Positions 29,619 through 39,794 of a stretch of DNA of 64,000 nt are shown here, in pieces (within the stretch, counting starts at the first letter, position 1; every line of letters begins with the position of its first letter). Origin of the DNA: an uncultured Gemmatimonadota bacterium (GTDB taxonomy: Bacteria > JAAXHH01). The translations under genes were made by a program, and so were the position numbers. The notes under the pieces were generated by a model, which was not told the DNA's origin, did not search any database, and saw only the letters and a list, made by a program, of their open reading frames with translations. The DNA lies in the NCBI GenBank assembly GCA_964593235.1, contig CAZQGS010000033.1:99071-163070 (forward strand), written 5' to 3'.

Positions 29619-30755
29619 CTAACCATTTAATTTATTGTGGTTTGTTGATTGAGGAGAGGGGAGTAGAGGAACATATTGGTATCCAGGTTCTTTTTTCTGA
29701 CGTTCCATGATTTTACTGATTTGCTTCCAGGTTTCAATTAGACCAGATGTGCAGTAGGGCATCTCATCCTCAATAATATGGTGTAATTTTCCAAGCTTGT
29801 AACATGGAACCGCAGCATACATGTGATGTTCAGTATGGTAGTTCATATGCCAGTAGATAAATTGTAGAAATGGATTAAGATAAAATGTTCTACAACAGAG
29901 TCGGAAGTCGGGCACGTCATCCTGAAGGCCCACGTGTTGTGTGGCATTGCAAAGAAACTGTAGCCAAGCTCCTATCATTTTTGGAAAGGTTATTACCAAG
30001 GGTACAACCCAGAGGCCATAAATTAGAGAAATTCCCATAATCAATAGGTGTCCCACTAATGTGATACGTTCCCAATTAGAATATGCTCGTTGCCGTGAGG
30101 GGTCACTTTTAGGGAAGAGTTCCTTCGACCAGTTATCATTAGGCATTACTCCTAAGAAAGCTGAAACTTTACCTTTTAGTAGGTCGTATGGATATCTATA
30201 GTTGAAGATTGCCCATTTCCAGAGGTCTGTTACCTCAAATTTTTGTGGAAGAACAACTTCCTGGTCATTTGGATAATGTAATGTGTACTTGTGATGTTCT
30301 GTATGACTTGCCCAAAAGTGATGGTGGTTCTGCCATCCAAGGAAGGCATATATCCTAAGGAAGAAAAGATTAAGCCACCGGGTTTTAAAAACTGAATAAT
30401 GAACCAATTCGTGAAAACCATTACCGATAAAATGCCAAAAATGACCATTAATAAATATTAATATAAGAGTAATATACCATGCCCAGTAAAGAGAGGAATA
30501 AATTGCTCCGCCAGCTCCCAATCCGAGTACACCAAGATGCCCCAAGGTTTGGCAGAATCCCAGAAAATTACTACGTTTATTAAGTTTTGCTAATTGCGTT
30601 TTTGATACCTTGCATCTGTACCATTTTACTCGATTTTTCTGTAGGGGATTGCTGTACTGAGGGCCCTCAGTTAGAACATCCTTATCCTTTAGCCCTTCAA
30701 CAGAGGAGGACTCATCCAATTTGTTATTATCCATGGGGCCATTACTCATTAGCAA
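29619..30755 (-). CDS. membrane fatty-acid desaturase family protein (second paralog)
   Basis: His boxes HELVH, HTEHH, HTEHH and a roughly 60-aa hydrophilic N-terminal extension. Confidence 0.75.
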   Translation of the reverse strand: MLMSNGPMDNNKLDESSSVEGLKDKDVLTEGPQYSNPLQKNRVKWYRCKVSKTQLAKLNKRSNFLGFCQTLGHLGVLGLGAGGAIYSSLYWAWYITLILIFINGHFWHFIGNGFHELVHYSVFKTRWLNLFFLRIYAFLGWQNHHHFWASHTEHHKYTLHYPNDQEVVLPQKFEVTDLWKWAIFNYRYPYDLLKGKVSAFLGVMPNDNWSKELFPKSDPSRQRAYSNWERITLVGHLLIMGISLIYGLWVVPLVITFPKMIGAWLQFLCNATQHVGLQDDVPDFRLCCRTFYLNPFLQFIYWHMNYHTEHHMYAAVPCYKLGKLHHIIEDEMPYCTSGLIETWKQISKIMERQKKEPGYQYVPLLPSPQSTNHNKLNG

Positions 30756-30887
30756 TTCCTGACTTAAGTAAGTACGGATTAATAGATATAATCTAAATTT
30801 TGTTTACATAATCAGTCAAGACGAATCTTATTTCAAACCCTAAGATAGGGTATTGTGCTACATTTAGATGTCTATGTTGGCAGCTCC

Positions 30888-31880
30888 TTAAGCCCTATTG
30901 GTTTTACTCTCATTCAAAAAATGATTAAACCAGTCAACCATCCAGTCGAAGTACTCCATCTTAAAACAGTGTGTCCCTTTAGGTTGGTACACATGGAAAT
31001 TTTCTGTTTGTCCCACTTGACTATAAACAGGAGTGACAAACTTTTTAAGGTCATCGACTCCTGACTTCGGCATGTCTTCGTCTTCAGTGGGTGCCACTAA
31101 CATGAATGGTCGAGGAGCAATACAATTTGCTACAATTTGCGGGTGGTCAAAAAACCGAAGCATATGAGGAATATAATAGTAGGCACTGTGCCGATACCCG
31201 TCACACTCATTTATTACACTGGTTAGTTTTCCTACACCTCCACAGATAGGTACAGCAGTTTTAAGCCATGGTGCACAGGCCATAGCATACCACGCTGCAT
31301 TCCCACCTAATGACATTCCGGTTAATCCGACATTGTTGCTGATAACCCTATTTTGCCCGGACAGTATATTGACTGCTCTAAGTGATTCTTCAACTAGTAA
31401 CCCCATCTGACTTATGCCAAACGGGGCAAGATGTTTATTTTCGATTGCCCAGGCTTCTTCACTTTGGCGCCTTAGTTCACATCCCTTAGGTGTGATACCC
31501 AGGGTAATAAAGCCACGCTTCGCTAGTTCCCGACCCCAGCCAAACAACGGGCCTCGATCTTGGTTCTCCATATAATACTTATTGTTAGCGAGTCTCTCTG
31601 CTGTCCCACCCGTTCCATCTATGCAGACGACACCGGGAAGTAAATTATCTCCTGCATTTAATGGTTCCATAAGAATAGCAGGTACTTTTTCACCTAGAGA
31701 ATTTGTAAATGAAAGATCTGTTAAACAAACCCCTTCCTCGTGTCTTGAATTATATTTGGTGTAATCTACCTCGTTAGGGATTTCACTTAATCCAAGTAAC
31801 TCAATTAATTTGCTTCGTGCCTTATGGGGAGCAACAGAAACTGGAAAACGGGGAATCAAATTGTTTCTAGAATAAGCCAT
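30888..31880 (-). CDS. alpha/beta hydrolase (dienelactone-hydrolase/esterase-like)
   Basis: GMSLGG nucleophile elbow. 330 aa. Confidence 0.6.
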   Translation of the reverse strand: MAYSRNNLIPRFPVSVAPHKARSKLIELLGLSEIPNEVDYTKYNSRHEEGVCLTDLSFTNSLGEKVPAILMEPLNAGDNLLPGVVCIDGTGGTAERLANNKYYMENQDRGPLFGWGRELAKRGFITLGITPKGCELRRQSEEAWAIENKHLAPFGISQMGLLVEESLRAVNILSGQNRVISNNVGLTGMSLGGNAAWYAMACAPWLKTAVPICGGVGKLTSVINECDGYRHSAYYYIPHMLRFFDHPQIVANCIAPRPFMLVAPTEDEDMPKSGVDDLKKFVTPVYSQVGQTENFHVYQPKGTHCFKMEYFDWMVDWFNHFLNESKTNRA

Positions 31881-31894
31881 AGCGATCCTCCTAG

Positions 31895-33358
31895 CTATAT
31901 AGCATAGGCTGGTACTTCATGGGTATGTTTTTGCGCCACACGGTGACTTAGTTTACCATTTTCCATAAAATCTTTTTCTCTACCCTGAGTCACGATTAAA
32001 TCTTCAAGCTTTTTATGGAGAGTTTGGGCTTGGGTATTGTCTTGGCTATAAAGGTTTCTACATTCGTAAGGGTCCTCTTTGATATCATAATACTCGAAGT
32101 TTTCTGTTCGGTAATGCCAGATAAACTTCTCGTTACTATCAACCAAATAATGGCCATATTCAAGGTGCTCTGCGTGCAAATGCCCCCTATTCAGATGTTT
32201 CTGTTCCCCTCGGACTAAGGGCATTAAAGAGCAACCATCTATTCCAGCCGGCAAAGGAAGTCCACATACATCTAGAAGGGTAGGCATTAAATCTGCTAGC
32301 CCAACAGTAGAATCAGGATATTCTTGGCCAATTGGGAGGTTCATCTGCGCCGGAAAGTTTAGAACGAAGGGCACCCGTATTGAACCTTCATAACCGAAAG
32401 ATTTAGCCCAATAATTATGATCGCCCAACATTTCTCCATGATCACTGACAAATGCGAAGACAAGATTACGTAGGTTAAGTAACCGCCACATGTGGTAAGT
32501 AAAGCGAGTAATTTGGGAATCAACATGATCAATACATCCATAGTATCCTGCCCTTCCACGTCGAACGTTTTTAGCTGAAAGAGCAAGGTATTCTGCTTCT
32601 GGAAAGGGACCATTGGCGTTGACAAACGGCTTTCGTCCTTTCATAGCATGCGCAGGGTCTCCAATTACAGGATCTGGAATATCGGGATCGTTAGCATATC
32701 GTTCATAAAAAAATGAAGGTGGATCCCAGGGTGGGTGGGGTTTACTAAAGGATACATATAAGAAAAAGGGGGTATCATGGCCATATTTTCGAACATGTTC
32801 ATCCATAACCCCAATTGCTTCCGTCGCTGTCCAGGAGGTTACGTGAAATTGTTCTGGAAATACACAGGGTCGAGCAGAATACCCATTATTTGTTACCCCA
32901 GCATTAAATAACCCAAAATTCTTCCAGCCTTGTTTTGCCAGCCATTCTATGTAGTCATCTTGATAGTTTGGAGACAAGAAACGACCTTCTTCATGTGTAA
33001 TGATTTTGTCAAAACCATAATTTGCATCTTGAGGATAAACGTGGCGTTTACCCACGCTGTAAGTTTTGTAACCATTGCGTTGAAAGACCTTGCACAGAGT
33101 ATTTGGTTCATCCCACGTTGCCATATCATCGAAACCAACCATTCCATTTGTGACAGGCCACTGTCCACTAAATAGGGTACGACGCGCCCCTACGCAAGAA
33201 GGGACTTCTGAGATAGCCCGGGGAAAGTAGTGTCCGGTTTGTGCAAGTGCATCGATTCCCGGTGTATGAATCACAGGGTGACCAGCAATGCCTAGGGTGT
33301 CTCCACGATGTTGATCCGTAGATATAAGAACAATATTGGGTTGGTTTCCAGGTTTCAT
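31895..33358 (-). CDS. sulfatase family protein (no signal peptide, non-canonical CVGAR active-site motif)
   Basis: NIVLISTDQHRGD metal-binding start and PSCVGARRTLFSGQ at the formylglycine position. 487 aa. Confidence 0.75.
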   Translation of the reverse strand: MKPGNQPNIVLISTDQHRGDTLGIAGHPVIHTPGIDALAQTGHYFPRAISEVPSCVGARRTLFSGQWPVTNGMVGFDDMATWDEPNTLCKVFQRNGYKTYSVGKRHVYPQDANYGFDKIITHEEGRFLSPNYQDDYIEWLAKQGWKNFGLFNAGVTNNGYSARPCVFPEQFHVTSWTATEAIGVMDEHVRKYGHDTPFFLYVSFSKPHPPWDPPSFFYERYANDPDIPDPVIGDPAHAMKGRKPFVNANGPFPEAEYLALSAKNVRRGRAGYYGCIDHVDSQITRFTYHMWRLLNLRNLVFAFVSDHGEMLGDHNYWAKSFGYEGSIRVPFVLNFPAQMNLPIGQEYPDSTVGLADLMPTLLDVCGLPLPAGIDGCSLMPLVRGEQKHLNRGHLHAEHLEYGHYLVDSNEKFIWHYRTENFEYYDIKEDPYECRNLYSQDNTQAQTLHKKLEDLIVTQGREKDFMENGKLSHRVAQKHTHEVPAYAI

Positions 33359-33398
33359 TTTGTTACTCCCAGGTTATGTCTTATATTTTGATCCAATT

Positions 33399-34229
33399 TT
33401 ATGATGATAGAATTTTTGTTCCGATAATGATATGCCGGAACAGTGGTTTGGTTTTGTCCGGCAATTGTTCATAAAGTTCTGAAGTGATTGGAACGACATC
33501 ATCTGCTCGAGTTCCTTTTTCAGCTGCTTCTATTTCATAATCCGAAAGTCCCGGAATTAGGTTATTTAGATTAAACCACCATGCGGCATAGCGGGCAATA
33601 ACAGCAATTCGGTTTGTGTTGCTCTTGTTTGCTCCGTTAGTATGCCAGATACGACTATCAAACAATAAAACACTACCAGGGTCTCCTTCTGCCTGAATCT
33701 CTGAAGGGTGAGTTGATTCTAATACTAGTCTAGAATTTCCGGTGGGATTATTCTCCGCTTTATGACTTCCTGGTACCAGAACTGTCCCACCATTTTTCTT
33801 AGTGAAGGGTGTCAACATCCAAAGACTGGTCAAAAGTAATGGGGCGTCAGGATATGGGGCCGGAACGCGGAAGTCGTACCCCTGCCCGAAAGGATAGTCA
33901 GAATGAAGTCCTCCACCGTTACCTTCAGCTCTTGGATAACCAGGTTCGAGAATAACACCGGTGGTCATAGAAATCCGTACGTGATGGCCAAAAAATGCCT
34001 CATTAATAGCCATGATTCTATCATCAGAAAGATATGGGGCAATTGATTGGTCGTATGCGATAAGTCCTCGCACGGCTTGGCGTCCGTTAATTGGAGCTTC
34101 GGGTTGAGATGTTGCGGTATTAATAATACTTTCTTTTATCTTTTTGACTTCATGCTCTGGTATAACATTGTTGACGACACACCAACCCTCTATTTGGATC
34201 CGTTTTACATAGTCGTCAATTGTTGACAT
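33399..34229 (-). CDS. phytanoyl-CoA dioxygenase (PhyH) family oxygenase
   Basis: HSDYPFG (HxD) and WHTNGAN distal His, with the cupin-like DSBH spacing. Confidence 0.7.
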   Translation of the reverse strand: MSTIDDYVKRIQIEGWCVVNNVIPEHEVKKIKESIINTATSQPEAPINGRQAVRGLIAYDQSIAPYLSDDRIMAINEAFFGHHVRISMTTGVILEPGYPRAEGNGGGLHSDYPFGQGYDFRVPAPYPDAPLLLTSLWMLTPFTKKNGGTVLVPGSHKAENNPTGNSRLVLESTHPSEIQAEGDPGSVLLFDSRIWHTNGANKSNTNRIAVIARYAAWWFNLNNLIPGLSDYEIEAAEKGTRADDVVPITSELYEQLPDKTKPLFRHIIIGTKILSS

Positions 34230-34335
34230 TTCTTTTCCTTTCGTTTAAGTTTGGCTATTTTTGAATAATAAAATACTTATTTTACAAAAAATAGTTAGAA
34301 ATTCCAATAGTTATAGTCCCCTACTCGAGGTGTAA

Positions 34336-35301
34336 TTGCTAACCTACCGTCCCCTAGGTCGAACAGGCATTAATGTATCTACTATAAGTTTTGGCTCTGG
34401 CGGTTATAACCGGCTCGGGCAGACTAGTAATCCTCCCCTTAGTGAAACAGAAATGCACCGGTTGGTCCACACTGTTAGTGACTTGGGAATCAATCTCTTT
34501 GATAGTTCCCCAGGGTATATGGATAGTGAGACCATACTTGGACGAGCATTCAAGAGCATGTCACGAAACAAATTTTTTGTATCCACCCGAGTAGTTTTTT
34601 CAGAGCTGGATACCGAAAATAAAATTAATTATTCCACCCCCAAGGAAATTATCGATTCTATAGAGAACAGCTTAAATTGCTTGAAGCTAAATGAAATTGA
34701 TATAGCTTTGATAGCCGCTTCCGAGGCCGCGGATTTTGATTTCATGATAAACGAACAGATTCCTATTCTTGAGAGCTTACGTCGCCAAGGGAAGATCAGA
34801 TTTCTTGGGTCTAGTGAAACAGCTGCTACTGATGGTAATCACTCATGGATTAGAGCAGTCTTAACTACTGGAATGATGGATGTTATTATGATTGCTCATA
34901 GTATGCTAAATCAATCAGCCCGTTTAAGTGTATTCCCCTACTGCATTAAAAATGGTATCGGTGTAATGAATATATATTCAGTCCGTAATATTTTCAAGGA
35001 TTCGGAAAGACTAACTAAAACTATCCTATTGCTCCAAGAACGTAACCTCCTAGATGACTCAATCAACCCCAATGCTCCGTTAAATTTTCTATTTAAAGAT
35101 CCAGATATTGGGACCCTAGTTGAAGCAGCTTACCGTTTTGTCGTTTTTACAGAGGGAGTATCTACAGCTGTATGCAGCGCAGTCAGCCTGCCCAAGATTA
35201 ACGAAAATATCTGTAGCCTAGCTAAAGGGCCTCTCCCTAGTTACCTTATTGATCAACTTAAAACTATGTTCGGACATTTAAGTGAGCCAGTTGGAAATTA
35301 G
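34336..35301 (+). CDS. aldo/keto reductase family protein
   Basis: YRPLGRTGINVSTISFGSG N-terminus typical of AKRs. Probable TTG start with a GAGGTG RBS. Confidence 0.65.
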   Translation: MLTYRPLGRTGINVSTISFGSGGYNRLGQTSNPPLSETEMHRLVHTVSDLGINLFDSSPGYMDSETILGRAFKSMSRNKFFVSTRVVFSELDTENKINYSTPKEIIDSIENSLNCLKLNEIDIALIAASEAADFDFMINEQIPILESLRRQGKIRFLGSSETAATDGNHSWIRAVLTTGMMDVIMIAHSMLNQSARLSVFPYCIKNGIGVMNIYSVRNIFKDSERLTKTILLLQERNLLDDSINPNAPLNFLFKDPDIGTLVEAAYRFVVFTEGVSTAVCSAVSLPKINENICSLAKGPLPSYLIDQLKTMFGHLSEPVGN

Positions 35302-35358
35302 AAATAGGATTGAGGAGTTTTCCTAGCAACTTGCTGGTCTTTGCGTGTGTTTAAATAT

Positions 35359-35673
35359 TTATTTGGGTTTGTCCTCTCTCATTTTTTCCTCGACACTTGC
35401 AATCTTCTCTTCCATAGTTTGATTCCGATCAGTTCGTGTGCCAACCCGAATAGTCGTCGATATACGTGGTGCACCCATCTTGTGTACAATTTCATGGCAG
35501 GCCTTAACCGCAGAAAAAACCTCATCCCATTCACCTTCGATATTTGTTCCATAAGCGTGCATAATAGTTTTCAACCCTGCTTCTTTAAGAACCTTTTCAC
35601 AAGCCGTTACATGTTTAGATACAGAAACACCGACACCAATAGGTACTACGCATAAATCAACAATTACTTTCAT
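35359..35673 (-). CDS. MTH1187/YkoF-family (UPF0045) small ligand-binding protein
   Basis: 104 aa. The MKVIVDLCVVPIG...start and beta-alpha-beta-beta-alpha-beta ferredoxin-like pattern are characteristic of MTH1187/YkoF. Confidence 0.6.
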   Translation of the reverse strand: MKVIVDLCVVPIGVGVSVSKHVTACEKVLKEAGLKTIMHAYGTNIEGEWDEVFSAVKACHEIVHKMGAPRISTTIRVGTRTDRNQTMEEKIASVEEKMREDKPK

Positions 35674-35688
35674 TATTTTTATCCATTT

Positions 35689-36795
35689 TTAAATAATTTT
35701 TGATTCCAAGATATAACGAAGACGGGCACCTACTAATACATCTTCTCCAGGTTCCATCATATAGGGCATGATTGAAAGGTTTTTTTCTCCTCCCATCTCA
35801 ATTCTCGGTTCACCCTCTGATAGTTGCTGGATCACTTCACTCGGATCAATATCAATTTTTTGTTTATCCCAGTTAATGTCCAAAACTGGTGCGACGTTCG
35901 ATCGACCTGGTTGTTGGATTACTGTTTTAATCGAAGGGAAACCTATGATTGCATCTGTTATTGTTTTTAGATATCCTTCCCATTCTTTCCATTCTTTTTT
36001 GTGATCTCTTTTAGTCCAACACTCCACTGCAGCAAGGAGTCCCATAATTTCTTCTTTCCCCGCTTTCATAGGTCGGGCGATGGAGTGGTGTGGTGCTCCA
36101 TTCATGAAAGCCGCCCACAAAAGATCACGACGACCAAGAAGCATTCCCGAGGCTTGTGGCCCTCGAAGACATTTCCCTCCGCTATAAGCTACTGCATCAA
36201 CCCCCTTGCTTAAATAAGGATTGGGTATGTCGGGGCGTTCAGCTGCAGCATCAACAAAAACAGGTACATCAAATTCATGGGCAATATTAACGATTTCTGT
36301 GACTGTCATATTTCCGGTGTCAGCGCGATCTCCGAAGAGGGCTATCATGGCAGTACGTTCGTTAATAGCTGATCGTAATGCATCAGGATTATCGTTGATG
36401 CAAACTAGTGAAATACCAACCATACGTATGGCGTGGTCATAGACATGCCGATGCGTGTTAAGTGTGATAACTTCATTTTTCATACCATTTGTATCTGGTA
36501 GTTTAGCAATATTATCTAGATTTATACCGGCTACACATGCAGCTGTTATCTGACATAGTGCTGCAGCGCATCCATTTGTCACTAGGCCAAATTCTGTTTT
36601 CATAATTGCACCTAACCGGCAGCCAACTTGTTCTATTAACTCTTCAATATGCACATAAGACCGAGATGCTTCAATCATCGCTTCCCTAACTTCAGGTAAC
36701 ATAACTGAACCACTATACATTGTAAGCGTACCCTTACAATTAATTAACGGTCGAATACCTATAGTATTGTAGGTAGGGTAATCTAGAGCAGACAT
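35689..36795 (-). CDS. SelA-like PLP-dependent enzyme (short DgaE-type, not bona fide SelA)
   Basis: SGGKCLRGPQASGMLLGRRDL with the PLP-lysine, as in the L-seryl-tRNA(Sec) selenium transferase-related family. 368 aa, shorter than true SelA. Confidence 0.6.
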   Translation of the reverse strand: MSALDYPTYNTIGIRPLINCKGTLTMYSGSVMLPEVREAMIEASRSYVHIEELIEQVGCRLGAIMKTEFGLVTNGCAAALCQITAACVAGINLDNIAKLPDTNGMKNEVITLNTHRHVYDHAIRMVGISLVCINDNPDALRSAINERTAMIALFGDRADTGNMTVTEIVNIAHEFDVPVFVDAAAERPDIPNPYLSKGVDAVAYSGGKCLRGPQASGMLLGRRDLLWAAFMNGAPHHSIARPMKAGKEEIMGLLAAVECWTKRDHKKEWKEWEGYLKTITDAIIGFPSIKTVIQQPGRSNVAPVLDINWDKQKIDIDPSEVIQQLSEGEPRIEMGGEKNLSIMPYMMEPGEDVLVGARLRYILESKII

Positions 36796-37030
36796 TTTGG
36801 ATTTCCCATAGTTAGTCAGACGGATATTATGTGAGTTTAAATTAATATTATCAAGATTTGTTATGTTTACTTACTATAGTATTAAGATTAATTTATTCCA
36901 TAAATTTAACATGTCTAATACAATATCCCGTCGTTTGTGTGGAAACTACTGGAAATTTTTAGTAAAAAACCCAATACTCCCATATCCTCAGTCATTAAGT
37001 AATTTTTAAAGGAGGCTTATTATTAACCAG

Positions 37031-37330
37031 ATGCTACCAATACTATTACAAATTTTGATTTGTATCTGTATTGGTACTTTTATGGTATTACCCAACTCTA
37101 TAGTAGGATTTATTTTAAAAGGGTTTTTCGGTCTGTGGGTCCTCGTTTTACTTAAGGTTAGTTATAATAAGATGATGTTACCAGGGATATGTTTGGGAAC
37201 ATTTTTTTTTAGTCTGGCAATGTGGCTGGCACCACACTGGCTTATGTATGTATTTCTGTCTTTAATGTTAGCAGCTATATTTGTAACTTATAAGACGGCA
37301 GAAGCATTCTGTAGAACAAATCCTAATTAG
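37031..37330 (+). CDS. small hydrophobic membrane protein (hypothetical)
   Basis: ORF with three predicted TM segments. Confidence 0.3.
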   Translation: MLPILLQILICICIGTFMVLPNSIVGFILKGFFGLWVLVLLKVSYNKMMLPGICLGTFFFSLAMWLAPHWLMYVFLSLMLAAIFVTYKTAEAFCRTNPN

Positions 37331-37492
37331 GCTGGGTATTATGTGCGTGACATGATCCTGTAAGGAGTTCATTCTCGTATAAGCTAAAAACAACTGTAAA
37401 ATTGAGTATTGGGGGAGAAATAAACCCAGTTTAATAACAAGTTTTTAAATAAACAGGCCTAGATAATGTTTATAATATTAGGGAGGCTATAA

Positions 37493-38335
37493 TTGCAAGT
37501 TATTGATGCGCATCAACATCTTTGGGATACTTCCCAACTCAAGTATCCGTGGTTAGAAGAGCCTAATACCTTCAGGGCATCTTATCAATTAAATGATTAT
37601 CACAAAGCTTTTGGGGAAATAGATATTATAAAATCGGTTCACGTAGAAGCAGATCCTGGCCCAGGAGCGGAAATTGCCGAGGTAGACATGATAAGCCGTA
37701 TATCATCCCTCGAGGGAACAATTGGTGCTATCGTTGCTGCTGCTCCTTTAGAAATAGATGGCAAGTACAAGATTTTAGATGCTTTTAAAAAAAATTATCC
37801 TAGGGTTGTTGGGATTCGCAGAATGGCATGGCATCATGAAGACCCCACTTTTTATCGATGGCCGGCTTTGATTGAGGGAGTTAAGGCTCTCCCAGAATAT
37901 GGATACAGTTTTGAACTCTGTGCCAATGTAACTCAACTAGAAGCCGCTCTTTATTTGGTGGAAGCCACTCCCAATGTGTCTCATGCAATTAATCACTGTG
38001 GAGGGCCGGATATTGCAGCTAATGGATTCCAGCCTTGGGCAACCTACATGAGGCAAATAGCTGATTTTCCCAATACTGTTTGTAAGATATCAGGACTGGT
38101 TACCCGAGCGAATATGGAATGGACACCTGGTGATCTTAAACCTTACATTGAGTACTTAATAGAAATATTCGGGTTTGATAGAGTTATGTTTGGCAGTGAC
38201 TGGCCTGTATGCACTTTAGCTGGGACGTATAAGGAATGGTTTGATGCACTGAATCAGGTGGTCAGAAAAGCTACTGAAGAAGATCGGAAAAAATTATTTC
38301 ACGATAATGCTCAAACCTTTTATCGCTTAAGCTAA
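37493..38335 (+). CDS. amidohydrolase-2 family metal-dependent hydrolase (TIM barrel)
   Basis: VIDAHQHLWD start, HxH motif and a C-terminal D ligand. TTG start with a GGGAGG RBS. Confidence 0.75.
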   Translation: MQVIDAHQHLWDTSQLKYPWLEEPNTFRASYQLNDYHKAFGEIDIIKSVHVEADPGPGAEIAEVDMISRISSLEGTIGAIVAAAPLEIDGKYKILDAFKKNYPRVVGIRRMAWHHEDPTFYRWPALIEGVKALPEYGYSFELCANVTQLEAALYLVEATPNVSHAINHCGGPDIAANGFQPWATYMRQIADFPNTVCKISGLVTRANMEWTPGDLKPYIEYLIEIFGFDRVMFGSDWPVCTLAGTYKEWFDALNQVVRKATEEDRKKLFHDNAQTFYRLS

Positions 38336-38375
38336 GAGCAGTAGGTATATAGACTGAATTTAACTGGGAGTAAGT

Positions 38376-39590
38376 ATGAATTCCTCATTTGGATCTACGG
38401 TAATGAAAAAGGCAGAAGCACTGATTGCCAGCGGGATGGATGCCAACCAGATTTCAAAACTTGTTTGTGACCAGGATCCTGAAGGGTATAACTATGGTAT
38501 TGGAATTGTAGTGGATGGTTATAGCAAGGCGTGGCCTTCTTCTAAGATACTTTTGAACTATTCCCGAGAGGAAATAGGAAAAAGTCTGATAGGGGAATAC
38601 ATGAGTACTGCCTCCATGGCAAGTTTACTGAAGGAAGCAGTATTGCGTTGGCAACGGATTCCTGAGGATTACTGGAATCAATTTACACTACTTATACCAT
38701 CTGATGCAGGTACGGGCGCTGTCAAAACCGCAATTGAGATGGCCCTCCAAATATATCCTCAATTAAACACTTTAGGAGTGGAAGAATTATCGTGGCCCGC
38801 GTACCAAGCAATAGCTCGTATGAGTAGGATATCATTCAAAGAATTTAGAATTGGTTCCGTTATAGATTCTCCAGGGACATTGCCAATTTACCAGGCTGGT
38901 CCAATGAATACTACGGGCAGGGTTCAATCACAGGAAACAATTCTTGACCGGGCGAAAGCGGCAATGGGACGGCCTGTATTATTGGATAGAGCATATTCAG
39001 GATTTGAGTATGCACGGCTTATTGATAACTGCAGTTATGACCATATTATGCGTATGAGTTTTGAAGATCAACTTAGGCCATTCATCGAATATGAGGTCCC
39101 TTTCTGGGCTGCTATTAGTCCAACAAAATCTTTTGGTACGTTTGCTCTTAGACCTTGTGGAATGCTCCTGGTATATACTCCCCACAAGTCGGATAGTTCA
39201 GAGATGAAAACACTCGGGAATACGGTCTCGCGTGCTCGAGGGTCATCATTTGAACATCCTATCTCCCGGGCTTTTGTATCAGCATTAATAAATGATCTGA
39301 ATAATTTGGAACTTGAACATTCAGATATCTTACGACGTCTTAGTACAGCAGAGAAAGCATGGAAGCTAAAATCAACTGGGAAACCAATAGCCAATCTTTT
39401 TACAGATCATTATGCCGGATTATTTCGAAACCCTCGAGTTGAAAACGAAGCACAGGAAGCAATTTATAACGCTCATCTGTATCCAGTCTTTACACCGGGA
39501 CGTTGCAGACTTAATATTACAGGGTTGCCAGAAGACACAAACATTAGCAGCAATCATGTAGAAGTATTCGCAAAGTATTGCCACGAGTAG
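38376..39590 (+). CDS. divergent class-I (AspC/TyrB-like) PLP aminotransferase
   Basis: N-terminal DPEGYNYGIGIVVDGY resembles AspC DP...INLGIGVY. SDAGTGAV resembles AspC SGTGAL. AISPTKSFGTF resembles AspC SYSKNFGLY, which carries the PLP lysine. Confidence 0.5.
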   Translation: MNSSFGSTVMKKAEALIASGMDANQISKLVCDQDPEGYNYGIGIVVDGYSKAWPSSKILLNYSREEIGKSLIGEYMSTASMASLLKEAVLRWQRIPEDYWNQFTLLIPSDAGTGAVKTAIEMALQIYPQLNTLGVEELSWPAYQAIARMSRISFKEFRIGSVIDSPGTLPIYQAGPMNTTGRVQSQETILDRAKAAMGRPVLLDRAYSGFEYARLIDNCSYDHIMRMSFEDQLRPFIEYEVPFWAAISPTKSFGTFALRPCGMLLVYTPHKSDSSEMKTLGNTVSRARGSSFEHPISRAFVSALINDLNNLELEHSDILRRLSTAEKAWKLKSTGKPIANLFTDHYAGLFRNPRVENEAQEAIYNAHLYPVFTPGRCRLNITGLPEDTNISSNHVEVFAKYCHE

Positions 39591-39794
39591 CATTTTCCAT
39601 TTCTGTTGCATCCTTGTATTTACTTGGTTTATAATGTACTTTATACGGTCTCTAAACTGATGGGTTAAATGTATCCTAAATCACTAAGGACAATTTGTAG
39701 TGATGACAATATCTTGATTCTATCATTAATCAGGTTTTCTGAGAAAATAAGCTCTGGAACTTGACTGATTTTTAAATTGAAAGGAAATAGTAGT

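Noticed and set aside
35359-35673. Linking the YkoF-like protein to the distant fused ECF ATPase/EcfT (60283..62853) as one thiamin ykoEDCF-type system.
   Set aside because: The genes are 25 kb apart, and no S-component (YkoE) or TPP riboswitch was seen. The resemblance is noted but not asserted.
35689-36795. Calling this ORF selA (selenocysteine synthase) on the strength of the selenoprotein elsewhere in the window.
   Set aside because: At 368 aa it lacks the N-terminal tRNA-binding domain of true SelA (about 460 aa). It matches the short DgaE-like branch, so it is kept as SelA-like only.
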